NCBI RefSeq assembly: GCF_964355755.1
Contig: NC_092680.1
Span: 20,407,045-20,471,044, forward strand
Source: Antedon mediterranea
Taxonomy: Eukaryota; Animalia; Echinodermata
Direction of reading: 5' to 3'
DNA length: 64,000 nucleotides
Below the pieces are notes generated by a model. It did not search any database. It was given only the letters and a program-made list of their open reading frames with translations, and was not told the DNA's origin. Position numbers and translations under genes: made by a program. Of this stretch, positions 13,159-26,870 are shown one piece after another. Within the stretch, counting starts at the first letter, position 1, and the number at the start of each line of letters is the position of its first letter.

Positions 13159-13419
13159 TTTATGTTGAATTTATTTGGATGGTTTCTATTCTTCAACTAC
13201 TAGTTACATGGTGATGACTGATGTTATTAAATGTGGTGATGAGTTTTATTTTGAATTTATTTGGATGCTTTCTATTCTTCGACTACTAGTTACATGGTGA
13301 TGACTGATGTTATTAAATGTGGTGATGAGTTTTATTTTGAATTTATTTGGATGCTTTCTATTCTTCGACTACTAGTTACATGGCGATGACTGATGTTATT
13401 AAATGTGGTGATGAGTTTT
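13159..13419. repeat. 86-bp tandem repeat x3
   Basis: TAGTTACATGG recurs at 13201, 13287 and 13373; copies are nearly identical. Confidence 0.9.
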
Positions 13420-14363
13420 GATATTCCTTGTATTAGCAGAACATTTGACTTATGATTATAAGACATATATTAATAGTATAATATAAGATTAGGCTTATAT
13501 ATGTTAAAATACTAAACAAACAACACGCCTACATTATATACATTCAGTAGGCCTAAACGTGTAGAAACACGTGACTCAATGATGACTAGTCAACAAAAAT
13601 ATAGTACGCTACGTGCACTGCGGCACATTTGGGAATTTAACTGATAATTATTCATCGATGTACCTTTATCGACAAATGAAAAAAAAAAAATCATAAAATA
13701 AACATAGACCATAGGCCTGCCCACTGACCTATATTTTCAATACTTTATCTCATAAAATTCTAAAATGAATATTCCTAAAACAGATGATATCGTAATGGAG
13801 TTACAACCGATTTTTGTACGGTAAATCTCTAGAGACAATAAATCGTATGAGAATCGATTGGTTGTTAACCATGTTTTTACAAATTACTTTCAATGGACAT
13901 TACGCTCTGCTGCACAGTCGGGATGAGAGATAATTTAAAGAGTATAGGCCTAATATAAAATAATTGATTTAAGATATTTTGTTTGTGGTAACCGTGTATA
14001 TTATTTCCATTTGTTGAAAAAAAATTAAATTGTTATTGATTTGGATATGTTTTGTCTATACTTGTAGCATCATGTTAAGCCTACTTAATTTAATAATAGT
14101 CTTAGTTGTGGTTATAACAATGGATTAGTAATAATTATTTTACAATCGTATGGTTAAATATTAAATACAACAATGAGGACCGGTGGTATAAATAACGTCA
14201 GTGGCTGGAACACGGAAAAGTCGTGTATTGCACCTTCGGCTCACGGCAGTAAAAACAACTAGACACTGGTCCACCACACATCAGGGGACGCGATTATTTT
14301 ACCCTGGTAAAAACTCTTTGCATGCTTGTTTTTTATGCATAAAGTTGGTTTCTTCAGAATGTT

Positions 14364-15359
14364 TTATAGTGTTGAACTCATAGGCGTCTGTGTTAACTCG
14401 GCATCGTCGCCTTTCCCCATTATTTTCAGAACATCAATTTTAAGTTGTTTCATCCCACGTTTGAAATCGTAAAATGTAAATGCGTATATGACTGGATTGA
14501 TGGATAAGTTCATCGTGTTCAAAACAATTGATATTTCATAGATTATTATTATGTCACTGAGTTCAAAACAAGCACAAATTATGTAGACAAAGAAGATGAT
14601 CTTATTAGGAGTGACGGTTATGAAGAACGCTAGACCGACAAAACATATCGTGTAAATAAGACTTCGCTGGGCTCTCCGTAGCCAGTTACGTGGTTGTTTA
14701 TTTGTTACGCTAGATTTACTGATCGATTCAACATTTTGAGAGGCCCTCGTTGGAGTTTGTCGTCTTCGTAAAGATATTAAAATCCGTACGTAACAAAACA
14801 TCATCACAAAAACCGGAAATAAATACTGAGTGATAAAAAAGAAAACGCCCCAGAATGCCGTGTCGTAAGCATAGGCACATTCACCGGTATTTTCGTCATA
14901 TGTAGCGTAAAAGAACAGTTCCATACCGGTGACAAAACCGATAATATACGGTAACAATAACAAAAATCTTCCTCTTTTATCATGAAAATGAAGGCGAAAA
15001 AACTTGGGGTGCAGCACCGCAAAGTATCGTTCCATTGTTATTATCACTAAGTTGTAAGTCGATGTGTAAGTGACGCACCAAAAAAGGTTGAGCGCTTTAC
15101 AAAACGGCACCCCTGCATCTGATGGAACGGGATAAGTAAAAAACGACAACATAAGCACACAGGCAAACAGGTCTATGACAGATTGCTGAACAATCAGCAA
15201 ATGTGTTAGTGTTTTCTTGTAGATATTGTTATATATCAAAACGAATAAAACAAATGCATTAGCTAGTATTCCGATACCGCAGATAATAAAACGAATTGCG
15301 ATCAGAAGCTGCGGATCCATCGGTTCGTCGTTCGACATTGTTTGGTTGTTGTCATCCAT
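14364..15359 (-). CDS. Class A GPCR (GPCR-3), CxC family
   Basis: 7TM; GILAN, QQSVID, FCK, MERY, TVTP, CACF, NPVIY. Confidence 0.92.
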   Translation of the reverse strand: MDDNNQTMSNDEPMDPQLLIAIRFIICGIGILANAFVLFVLIYNNIYKKTLTHLLIVQQSVIDLFACVLMLSFFTYPVPSDAGVPFCKALNLFWCVTYTSTYNLVIITMERYFAVLHPKFFRLHFHDKRGRFLLLLPYIIGFVTGMELFFYATYDENTGECAYAYDTAFWGVFFFITQYLFPVFVMMFCYVRILISLRRRQTPTRASQNVESISKSSVTNKQPRNWLRRAQRSLIYTICFVGLAFFITVTPNKIIFFVYIICACFELSDIIIIYEISIVLNTMNLSINPVIYAFTFYDFKRGMKQLKIDVLKIMGKGDDAELTQTPMSSTL

Positions 15360-18300
15360 ATTTAATCTTATAACAAAATATAAGAGAACATTATGTTAAT
15401 CAACGAGTGACAATATACAAACATCCCCTGGCAATAACCTGGCAGGCAATATTACTAAGCAATAACTAAGTGTTATACTTGTGGTTAGCTAATATCATAA
15501 CGACGTATGTACAAATCAATTGAAACTATGTAATTAGATACGGGATACGTCATCATAATGTTATCATTAAACTTTTAATTAAAATACTACAATGAGGATG
15601 CGGGAAGGGGAGGATGCCTATAACCATCAAATGCAGGCATATAATTATCAGGCCTATAAATTTAAATTACTACCAGTAATACCAGATCGTTATGCCCAAC
15701 TCTTTGCTCAGTCTACTAACTAAAAATCTTTACTATTAATCTAAACTTTAGAAATGTATTGGAGGTTGCAAATCGCATGATTTGAGAACCGGGAATTCTC
15801 CCCTTTTCAATTGACAAACGAGGTAATGTGTGAATTATGTAAGTGACTAGAACTTTAAAGAAAATCTCGAAAGATTTGGATTTGCCATCAACTAAAAAAC
15901 CATGAAAAGTAAAAATCATCATGTGAGTAATTTTAATTTAATTTTTGGATAGTCATGTATGTAATATTTACTTTATATATTATTATATTTTAAACAATGG
16001 CAAATTAACATTTCCTTTAATTGTTTATATTGAAAGCCAATAGCTACAAAACAATGGGACACTCAATACATGTCCAACACCGGATCAAATTGAAAAACTA
16101 TTTCCGATTTTGGGATTTTTTGTTTCATTTTTACAAGATACTTAATTTTTTATTTAGGTACGTGTATACACATTGTCCATTTTATTATTAGGGAAATGAT
16201 TTCTCTGGTGTAAACAGGTGGTTTTGTACTAGACGGGTAACGTAAATAATGAGGCCTACATTTCTTTCTCTCTTACTGTGGGCCCCTCCGAAAACGAACC
16301 CATTCTACAATACTAGCGGCTTTCTAATGACACCCGTCACTTATTTTAAGCCTAATTACTTACCGTATTATTAATCAATTATTATTATTATACAATTGCT
16401 AATAACTGAGCTAGTACTTACATTTATAATGCTGTAGTTCAACACAACTTAAAGTCTCTTGTTTTAGACACAACGTTTATGAAAATATGTAGTATAGGAA
16501 TGATGAGTACACAATTGGTTCGTGTTTATAAGTAACCAAACCTGGGAAAGTTCCCGGAAGCAATCAACAATAAATATGTCAGTGTTATGATTGCTTCACA
16601 GGTCAAATACCACCGGTGCCTCAATAGTGTGTAGGTATTAACTTTTATACAAATCACCTGGCACGATCATTTTGATTTTCAGATTATAAATTGGTGATTA
16701 TGATTGATGTGTTGTGTTCTAAAAATGTAACAGGTCAGAATTAATTAGTAACGCCCTCTAGGTTCTTAAATCAATCAATTTGTCACTTTTTATATTTAGG
16801 CCTCGTAAAAAAATTGTTGATCGATTTTCTATATAAATAGTTTTGAAATGGGACTTTCCCAAAATGTTGGCATTTTAGTTCACCGGCAAGCTAGTTTTCA
16901 TGTGACCTTAATTAGGTCGTTTTTTTTAAAGACATTTTTGTAATGTTGAATTAGTTTAAGAAATCAAGTATTCCTGCAAGCAAACTGGTCCTATATCGTA
17001 TGTTACAAACATATGTTTTATGCTAATAAGGCTCAACATAATTATGAGATCTACTGTTTATTTATTTATTTTATTCGTTCAAAACCACAATCCGTGTTGA
17101 TTTAAAAATAAAAAAATAATATATTGAAACATACAGTATGTTAAACAATAAATCTAATACAGACCAGCCTCATCTGTGACAATCTAAATACTATAAATAA
17201 TAATGATAACCTTCAAAAAGTTAAGATAGTGTAAATATATTGTTAAAAATATGCCAACACAAAAGATTCTTTAATTACTTTAACAATAGAGTTGTTGTTA
17301 AGTTGGGGGTGGGTTGTAATGTTGCCGAAATTTGAAATATTTCGAATACAAAAGATCAGAGAAGTTAAGCACCTCATTTTAGTTAGACCGTGGATACACC
17401 ACTATAATGATATATGCAGCTGCAAATATTGTAATTAAAAGAAAAAGTTTTGTTAAGGAAGTTCGGGTATATCTTATCTTGTCAGTGTTAATGACTTGAT
17501 TAAATAATTAGGATAGTTAATTAATTATCTATTAAGAGGAAATAAATACATTTATTCTAGATTATTACAACGTTAATGGTTTTATAAGAAAATAAATTAA
17601 TATTTAATTGAGTCATTGTTTAACATTGATAACTGACTTTTATTAATGAGATTGTGGCCAAATATCGTGAAGATAAGATACTTCTTAATTGTCATGATGA
17701 CTTCAAACATTCAAACAAGCGAGCATGGCATTTGTTTGCTTGGTGTTTAACATAACAGAACACACAACTGAAATTACTGAAACTAATTAGACTATTAAAC
17801 TTATCATTTAATGTCAGTTGTATTGTATTATAATATTACATTAATCAAGTGCATTGTAAACGAACATTTTATTGATGAAGAAATAAAAGTCGGTGAACCA
17901 ATACATAAAAAAAAAATCTTATCTTTGAAACATGAAGAGTTTGATACATGGATTTGCATTGGAATTAATTATTGTTTTCTATTGTTTTGTTTTATTGTTA
18001 CTTTCAAGGTCTACAGTAGAATTACAATTCTTGAAACCACGATAGGATAAAACCATAATTAAAAGATGTAATTAATCTAAGTTCATATTAAACAGATTTA
18101 AGAATATTGTAGATCTTGCTTAAGGGGGTAGTGGATGGGTGCTTTATTGTTTTCTTACTTTACTTATTTTAATTGCAATATTGCTTTTGTTTAAATGTGT
18201 TTTTTTGTATGTATAAAAGATGTGAAAAAAAAAATAATAATGTTGCACACTGTTACCTCCCCAGGAATATAATTTTGATAGATAGCCAGGCCTATTCAGA

Positions 18301-19438
18301 ATTATGCTAACGATGTTCTCTTGGTCTCTTAGGCCTACAGTTTGCGTGGTGGGATGAAATCGTACAAATGTGAACTGAGAGAATGGTACAAATCTGACGT
18401 CACGCTACTTATTATTTATTTCATAATTTCCGCCGTTCTGATTATTTCCTTTTATCCTGGTTTGGTGTAGGTTTTATAACCTCTATATTGACCAAACCCG
18501 TGATTCCACCAGGTCAGCGTTCAGTGTGTAATTTCCTTTTCGTTACCTCTTGACCAACAATACGCTCCCTCTATCACAAGGCAGCGAGGTAGGCCTACAG
18601 GCTATATTTTATATCAAAATTATTAGGACAATCACAAATAGCTAGTTTCACATCCGGGAGTTGAACTTTGTTTCATTTTATTTCGTCAATTTAAAAAAAT
18701 GATAAAACAATACAAATAAACATAGCAAAACCCATGACGATGACAGGATTAAATAAAAACAAACTTAATTTCTGTACAAATTTTCTCCGGATGGATTTTA
18801 AAGTCCAGTGACCGTTCAGAAACCACAATAACAGAGATCATACCGATTGAAACATTAACGATTCGTTCAATAAAAAAAATCTTATAGTAAAAAAGTTGGA
18901 TGAGAGATGGATGTGAAACTTTTTGTATTTACAATTGTATTATATTTATAATTGTATTGTATTTGGCCGAAACAAATTATAACTCTCAAATGGACTACTA
19001 CAAGGCACCATTCGGTTTTTAGGTCTTCCCCCATGGTAGCTAGTTGAAATCATACCAACTGTTTTGGCAGTAAGAACTAGGCCTATATTTTGAAAATAAG
19101 CAGAACTATTTTGTTTTCGCATAGTACTACGGTACACAACGTCATTAGTTCACGATGAGGCATACGTGATACAACAATCGTAAGACTCTATAAAAGAGTC
19201 GTTGTACTTCTGTCAGGAACCAAATAAAATTGTGATACCAATTAATGTGTTTGTATTTAAATAACTGATTTGCTGATCATCGATCCGGTTGTTACAAGCA
19301 GTGCAGTTGGGCACACAGATTTTCGAAGAAAAAATATATATATTTTTCAAAAAAAAATAATAAATAAATTTGCAGTGGAGAACAGAACAGTTATTTAGCA
19401 GATTTAAATAAATATATATTTTTAAAGTAAAAGAGTAA

Positions 19439-19600
19439 AACTCTGTCTACACCATCAAACTAGTTTAGCAAAACAAGTGTAATGTGCCCAAATATGGTAG
19501 TGATATTCATAAATATGGTAGTGATATGACATCATCATGTCCATATATGGACATATCACATTGTTTTTGTCACATAAAGTTGTATAATGTAGACAGAGCT
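19439..19600. mobile_element. Harbinger-like MITE (same family as 4909-5144)
   Basis: TAA-AACTCTGTCTACACC..TGTAGACAGAGCT-TTA with two copies of the 21-bp unit. Confidence 0.7.
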
Positions 19601-20081
19601 TTAGACTTGGCGTCCCACTTACACTCAACGCAATCAATTTCAATCAATCAATTTATTTGGAAATTGCACCTTTACATCGATGGCACACACAGGAAGTGGT
19701 GCATCCATATTGAACACAATTAACATAAAATGACGGATACGGATACTTAAGCTAATTTGAATTAAAATTAGTACTATATACTGTAGCAATATTTGTCTGA
19801 CATGAGTTGATACATTTTAGTTAAATATATTTATATATATATATACATAAAGAGGAAGTAGTAACAAAAATATTTGTTGATGAGGATATTAAAATTATCA
19901 TGATAGTTAATATTGAAATGGTTTCATATACAATGTCTTAAGAGGTTGTGTACAACAACAACCTAAACCGGTAAAGGTCACGCAGTATTATTAAATGTTT
20001 TTTTTATAGGAATCATACAGCTAACTTCACTTTTACTTACTTACTAAAACAATATTGATTTCAGGAAATCATAATTTTTAA

Positions 20082-20272
20082 AGAAGTATTGTCAGTATAA
20101 AATCAGACTTTGAATAGGTTATTTTATAGTTTTGTTCAAGTTATTCACTTCTGTAGAAAAATACCAAGAAAAATTATTATTTCACTTATAAAAAGTCATT
20201 TTAACCAAAAACTAAAATGACATATTCAACAACAAATGAAAAAATAACATTTTCAGGGGGTACATTATATCT
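20082..20272. mobile_element. Kolobok-like MITE, copy 3
   Basis: TTAA-AGAAGTATTGTC..TACATTATATCT-TTAA; internal match to 418-704 (AAAATCAGACTTT, CACTTCTGTAGAAAA). Confidence 0.65.
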
Positions 20273-21385
20273 TTAAATGTTAATTTCCTGAAATAAATAG
20301 TATCATTTATTTAGTAAAATTAAAACTAAGCTAATGTAAATTCAAATAAAAATAATGACGTAATGTAATGAAAGTGGGTCGATAATAAGAAATAATAAAA
20401 AATTTTAAAAAAATTTGAAGATATAGGCTTTAGCACCTTTATCTTCAGCTAATAAGAATACTAAAGATTAATCGCGAGAAATGTTTGGAACTTTGTAGGG
20501 CATTTAAAAATATTTCAGGCCTTTTTTGGAAATCGTTCGCAATTATTGTTTTTCCAGGTTTTCGAGTTTTTATGTTAGTGAAAGTTCACGATACACAAAG
20601 TTAAAAGATAAACTGAACTTATGAACTTTTGCAAGAGTTATTATTGATAAAATGTGACGTCACAATAATACGCTGACCTAGCTGGAAAGACTGAGATTAT
20701 AAAATCACTTGATATCCTCCTCAATTATTGTGATGCAAAGTTATCAATCATACACGAAATGGTATGGTCTGTCGTGTTTGTTTTAATTTACTATGGATCA
20801 GTGGCTAAATCATATCAATAATTGTTTATTACCTTACATAATGCTATGACACGTGACCTACTCACATACGAAAACCACTAAATTGATGTGAACTCGTAAA
20901 CATGACATTACAATTTGTTTTGTTTTTTTTGCCTATTTTTTATTCTTATCAGCTGAGCTTAATCATCTTCATAAGTGGTTCATTAATTAACCATGCAGGG
21001 CCAAGTACAACTTTACTATGGGTAATAATACAAAATCACATGACACCTGCTGGTACTAAAAACTAAACAAAACCAATGGAAATAGGCCTAAGTTGTTTTT
21101 TTTTAACTTTCTTATTCCTCGATTCATTCTATTAATATTTTTATCTTGTGCTTTTTCTATGTTATGTTTGTCTTTTTGAGTGAACCGAATAAAACTGAAC
21201 TGAACTAAAATGCTGAACATTCGTATCAACTAACAATAGAACAACATTATCTTATCAATAAATGGCCACATCACATTTTAATCACGTAGAGTTTGATTGT
21301 GTAGACAGAGCTTAAGACACATTGTGAATTATATCAACACCTAAACAACATGGGTCCGGTAGACGTGGCCTAGCTAGCTGGCCTA

Positions 21386-21428
21386 GGCCTAGACATTGTA
21401 GATTAGCCTAATCTACAATGTCTAGGCC
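21386..21428. repeat. Perfect palindrome, 21-bp arms with 1-nt spacer
   Basis: GGCCTAGACATTGTAGATTAG-C-CTAATCTACAATGTCTAGGCC. Confidence 0.9.
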
Positions 21429-22727
21429 ATAGCGATACGCAGATTAACTCGCGAGAGAACTAGAAACTGATTTTCCAAATTACCTCACTTTCTTGTATTA
21501 TTAATTTATCAAAATCATTCCAACGATTTAAAGCTAATTTAAGTTCTTAATTGTTATTGTTTGTCTAAATTAAAAATTATCCCTCTATAAAAAAAAAGCT
21601 TGTTTGTTTATATGCCAATCAAAATGTAGGTGGCGCTATTGAATTTTCGCAATAACATGAACGTGCATTAATTATCCATTAGGCTACACAGGGCGATTTT
21701 CACAGACGAGCGGTAACGGAAACCTCGTAGAATGTCCCATTTATGATTTAGGTAGAACGAATACCGAATGACATGCTATGCGTAACTAACCAATCGAATT
21801 TTAATGATACATTGCCTATGCAATCCTATGTGTTTTTAAATCTAACAACTTTACCGAAAACCATATTTTGACACCTTACCGCCATGAACAGTACAATTGT
21901 TCGTAATTCATCATTTTGTTTCGTATTTGATTATAATAAGTTAAACAGAATCACATTTACATAATATGTACATTCAAAGACTGTAACAATTAGGTCTACT
22001 TATGAAACACATTAGACAATAATTACTTAAATATACATTTTTAACTAACCAAGTACGTTTTTATTCCCTTTTTTCTTTTTGTAATTCTGTTACACGTAGC
22101 CTATTTCAATAATCAATAATACAGAAATCAAGATCGCAATCTCTACATACTTCTTGTATTAGTGGTGAGCAATAGCGTCGATAAGCGGATTGAAAGGGAC
22201 TAAGACGGAAGGTCAGACAAAATATCATGCATTTAGCCGATTGCTCTAATTGCCGTTATCTTTGAATTTGTATAATGGATATACATCTGATAATGGTGAA
22301 ATTCAGATAAGGAAGAGTAAACACAAACATAAAAGTGTAATTTTACGGTGAGCATGTGGGGATGGTATCCATTATCTTATTAAGAAAATATTAAATTTGA
22401 ACCTCATCCTGAAAAATATAGGCCTATAATCCGTACATTTAATGTTAGCAGGAGAGCAACAAAATGTTATAGCGTATATATCAAAATCGGAAATGGTTCT
22501 AAATGGTTGAGGATTACTTGACACTTAAGGTATTATTTAACTTTAAAATGATCAAATTTTTATCTTAGACCCAGGAAAAAGAGGTTTATGTAGTTAGGCG
22601 TTTCCAAACATAATTGCGGCTAACTATGAACATTTCAGAGGACATGTTTCATCATATATAAGCCAAAAAAGTATATATCCATAAACTGTTACTTCATTGG
22701 CAACGAACGTAATACAACCGCAATGCT

Positions 22728-23012
22728 ATTTTTTATCAACATTTGAACACGTTCACAGAACACTGTGCTTATTTTTATCAACAATTGAACGCGTGCACAG
22801 AACACGGTGCTTTCTTTTTAAAATCAACATTTGAACGCGTGCACAGAACACGGTGCTTTCTTTTTAAAATCAACATTTGAACGCGTGTACAGAACATGGT
22901 GCTTTTTTTTATCAACATTTGAACGCGTGCACAGAACATTGTGCTTTTTACATCAACATTTGAACGCGTGCACAGAACACGTGTGCTAGCATTTCATCAG
23001 CGTTTGAACGCA
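22728..23012. repeat. Minisatellite, about 41-45 bp unit, about 6.5 copies
   Basis: Unit approximately TTTTTATCAACATTTGAACGCGTGCACAGAACACGGTGCT. Confidence 0.88.
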
Positions 23013-23748
23013 CGTTGCACCTCTTACTGCTATATTACCACTCAATTGTATAGTTGCCTTCTGCATTAAAATTTTAATTCGTAAGTCAACTGCTTATTAG
23101 TGTTCCTAGTACTCAAAGTTATCTAAACTTCCTAGTTGGTCATGTCGATTATTCCTTTAACAGTTGATGTATTGTTCCGGATAAATTCCATTTTAAAAAT
23201 GTCAGGAACCTTTAAAGTCGGAGGAAGTTGTACATAAAAACCACACAACAATTATAATATGCGATATCATATGCAGTTATCACACATAGTTTCATTTACC
23301 TCAGCACATTACTTAATTCATTCCACGAACATGATTTGCCATGCCACACAAAAGTGTGATGCAACGGATGTCAGAGCTCTTTACTAGATGGCTTGAGGAT
23401 GCTGCACGATGGTGGATCTAACATAAACATTAACAAATGTTCTTGTTGTTTATAACCAACAATCAACATGTGACTATAATTTAAACTTTTTTGGCGATTT
23501 CCTGCCAATATTCATGTTTCAGTAAAACATCGGTGCTTGAACTTACCAGTGTTCAAGCATTTAGTAATTCGTAAAAATTGTTTGTAATTTGCCTTAGAAA
23601 ATGACTGATTTTAATTGCAAAGCATCTTCCAAACAACATATGGAACAGGTCATAATGTGTCGATGATTAAACATACCCATACGATACCATACTGAATAAC
23701 AAGATTATTAATCCTATGTGATATATAAATTAAATGTAAAAGTAAACA

Positions 23749-24744
23749 TTAGCTAACGGCTATAATAGACACAACTTGTGAAGGTCTATTATCAAGGTTT
23801 GTATTATCAGAGACCTTTGAACAGGATACAGATCGTGTATGCCATTTCTTACTAAACATCTTCTCCTTAATTTCACGTTTCATTTTACGCATACCACGTT
23901 GGAACTCTTTAAAGTTGAAGCAGTATATAAACGGATTTATACAAAGATTTGAAGTGTTCATCAATACTGTTACTTCATGAATTGTAACCTTACTGAACGC
24001 AAAACAGTCACAGATACAGTACACTAGATACAATACGAAATTAGGTGTGACAGTTACTAGAAAAGCGACGGATACAAGAACAAGTGTATACAGTAGATTC
24101 CTTTGAATACGAGAGCCATCCCTTTCTCTTCCAACCTCTTTCTGTTTTCGTCGCAGATTTAATAATATACAAGTATAACAATAACTCATAATGGAAACTG
24201 GAATCAGCCAATACATGGTAAACAATAATACTCCAGAAATTATTCTTGTACTCTTTTCTCCGTTATAGTTATACATACATTCACCGGGATGTTCATCATC
24301 TGCTTCTGCAAATATTGCCAATTGGAGAGAAGAAAGCAACCCGAGACAATGTGGTATCGAAAGTGGAATCTTTCTCCGAAGAGAAACTTTTCTTGCTCTA
24401 TACAACAGTGGATGTAGAACTGCAATATATCGTTCAAATGTAACCATTACTAAGTTATATGTAGATGTAGACGACATATACCAAAATATGACTCTAGCTT
24501 TGCAGAAAAATGTAGCGTTGTTCGTAGACGGAGCATCGTTGTTGTAAAAGCCAAGAAACAGACAGCATCCTAGGAAATCAACAACTGATTGGTGAAGTAA
24601 CAGTGTGTGAGTAAGAGATTTTTTGAAGATGTTGTTGTAAATCATAACAATTATAACAAGTAAATTTGCTACAATGCCCACACTGCATATTATACAACGA
24701 GCAGCTATTAATCCGGTGGAATCCGTGTATGTTGAATTCAACAT
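23749..24744 (-). CDS. Class A GPCR (GPCR-4), CxC family
   Basis: 7TM; GIVAN, LHQSVVD, YNNDAP, FERY, TVTPN, CICDCF, NPFIY. First in-frame ATG is 24744; the ORF track start is TTG. Confidence 0.92.
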   Translation of the reverse strand: MLNSTYTDSTGLIAARCIICSVGIVANLLVIIVMIYNNIFKKSLTHTLLLHQSVVDFLGCCLFLGFYNNDAPSTNNATFFCKARVIFWYMSSTSTYNLVMVTFERYIAVLHPLLYRARKVSLRRKIPLSIPHCLGLLSSLQLAIFAEADDEHPGECMYNYNGEKSTRIISGVLLFTMYWLIPVSIMSYCYTCILLNLRRKQKEVGRERDGSRIQRNLLYTLVLVSVAFLVTVTPNFVLYLVYCICDCFAFSKVTIHEVTVLMNTSNLCINPFIYCFNFKEFQRGMRKMKREIKEKMFSKKWHTRSVSCSKVSDNTNLDNRPSQVVSIIAVS

Positions 24745-26216
24745 CTTACTAACCTTCTTCAATTGTGCTGTCTGAACAACTATCTTAACAACTACTGTCT
24801 TCAAATATATTCACACAATTGAGCTAAGTATTAATCTAGTATGAGACCCAAACGTTTATATACTATCGGTGCCTCTCGGAAGTACACTGTCTAGTTTCCT
24901 TAGGGTTTTCTGATAAAACTTCCCTTCCAGGTAAATAAGACATGACATGGTGCAGGAAACAATAGCTTGGCTTTATCTGCAATGACGGAACTCACGGAAA
25001 ATGGCTCGAACAAATTATAAACATTATCAGCTTAATCACCTACTGAGACCGAAATACATTGTTGATGGAATGTTTGGGGCAACAACACTTCCTAATCCGA
25101 ACAATCTCATACGCGCACTTAAATATAATGCTAAGATCACGGTAAAAACTCCAGCATGATCAATTATTAAATCTATTCGCATTTTAGTAGTTGTCCATAT
25201 TTGATTTTACTTAAATTAGAAGAACACGAAAATTTGCAGTAATGAATGGTAATTACCGTAAAGGGTATTTCAATTTATTTATATTAGAATCCACATAGAA
25301 AATTACACATTGTTAAAGTTAAATTAAATCAATATTTATTATACTTAGAAAAAAAATAGTTCAAATTAATCTGTCTTTAGATATAAAAAAAAAAACAATA
25401 CCAACAAATGTCTACAAATACAAAATTAAGTGCAAAAAATACAATTTCCAAAAGAAGATGTGGACAAAAATATAAAAATATATATTAAAGCAACAATTGA
25501 AAAAGGCTGGGGCATAATGAATGCAATTTGTAAAAATGTACTATTGGTATAACAAAAAATACCAAATGGCTAAAACAAACACAATTAAGTTGAAAAAAAA
25601 ATAGAATTTAAAAAAATCATACGGAAAAATATAAAAATATATATTAAAAGCACAATTGAAAAAAACCCCTATTGAATGCATTTTTGTAAAAACTACTATT
25701 AGTATAAAAATATGATTTATAATTTATATAAATTTAAACATAGTAGGCCTATGGTATAAAAAACAGACAGCATCTTCTATAGAAGGTGAGCAGACAGTCC
25801 AACAACAAAATGCAAAGATACTAAAAAATTCCTTTAAAATAAAAAATAAAATTACCTTTGAGCTGCGAGAAATTAGTACCGTAACATTGCGTAATTCGTC
25901 TACCATGTGGTTGGTCTCAGACGAATAAACTTTTTGTTTTGTTCTATTTTTATTTCAACTTTATTTATAGAGATTAACCCTTTCAGCTTGAACTATTAAT
26001 GTCAGTCTCAGGGGGCCTCTTATATTCAAATAAAATAAAAGAACATTACGATAAAATAAATATTTATAATAAATATTTAATAATTATTTACGAAAATAGG
26101 CTATAAAATATATAGTATACAATTTAGTTTATAACACAGGCCTAAGTGTTGAAAATATATAATTTCAGTCTATATATATGAACTTTATTTAGACACGAGA
26201 CTGATTACAAAAATTA

Positions 26217-26324
26217 CAGCAGAATCCCCTTCATCTGACACCTCTATTTAGGGTACACCATACCGGTACTTCCCGTGTAAACGGAAACCCTTATCGAAGT
26301 GTATAATTTATGGGGATTCTACTG
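26217..26324. mobile_element. Tc1/pogo-type MITE
   Basis: TA-CAGCAGAATCCCC..GGGGATTCTACTG-TA: CAG..CTG termini with TA TSD. Confidence 0.6.
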
Positions 26325-26833
26325 TAATACATAATAAATAGATTTAAATGTTGATTGCAAGCATGCATTTGTAATATTTGTGCTCAGAAAAAACTGTTTG
26401 TTATGAATATGAGTATTATATAACATTTAAATAACAATAATAATTCATTGTTTGCAAATATTAATATACTGATATTACTGATTCAAAGAAGAATGTATGC
26501 ACTTGGGCTTTGGTGTATGTAACCCTTTACTGGGTGAGATCCATCATGTTATCGTTTATCTTTTCCTTTGTAAACATAGATTGAGGAAATAAAATAAATT
26601 CATTTTACTTTTTTTTAATACAGTAAGCGAGCAGCGTTTTTTGTAAGAAATATTTCTTGTTTATTTTACAGTTTATTTCCTCCATGGTACTTCCTTCTTT
26701 ATTAACTCTGTCGACACTATCAAATTAACTTGACAAACAAAGTGTGATGTGCCCAAATATGGTAGTAATATGACATCATCATGTCCATATATGGGCACAT
26801 CACATATTTTTGATAGCGTAGAAAGAGATACAC

Positions 26834-26870
26834 TTTAATCAGGGAAGAGTTTAACTCTTCCCTGATTAAA
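26834..26870. repeat. Perfect palindrome, 18-bp arms with 1-nt spacer
   Basis: TTTAATCAGGGAAGAGTT-T-AACTCTTCCCTGATTAAA. Confidence 0.9.

Noticed and set aside
25466-25710. Degenerate A-rich duplication with about 160-bp period upstream of GPCR-4
   Set aside because: It is low-complexity and diverged, with no termini or motif to support a call.
25945-26030. Possible LINE 3'-end remnant on the minus strand
   Set aside because: Only a general resemblance (stem-loop plus AATAAA and A-rich tail), with no coding remnant to confirm it.
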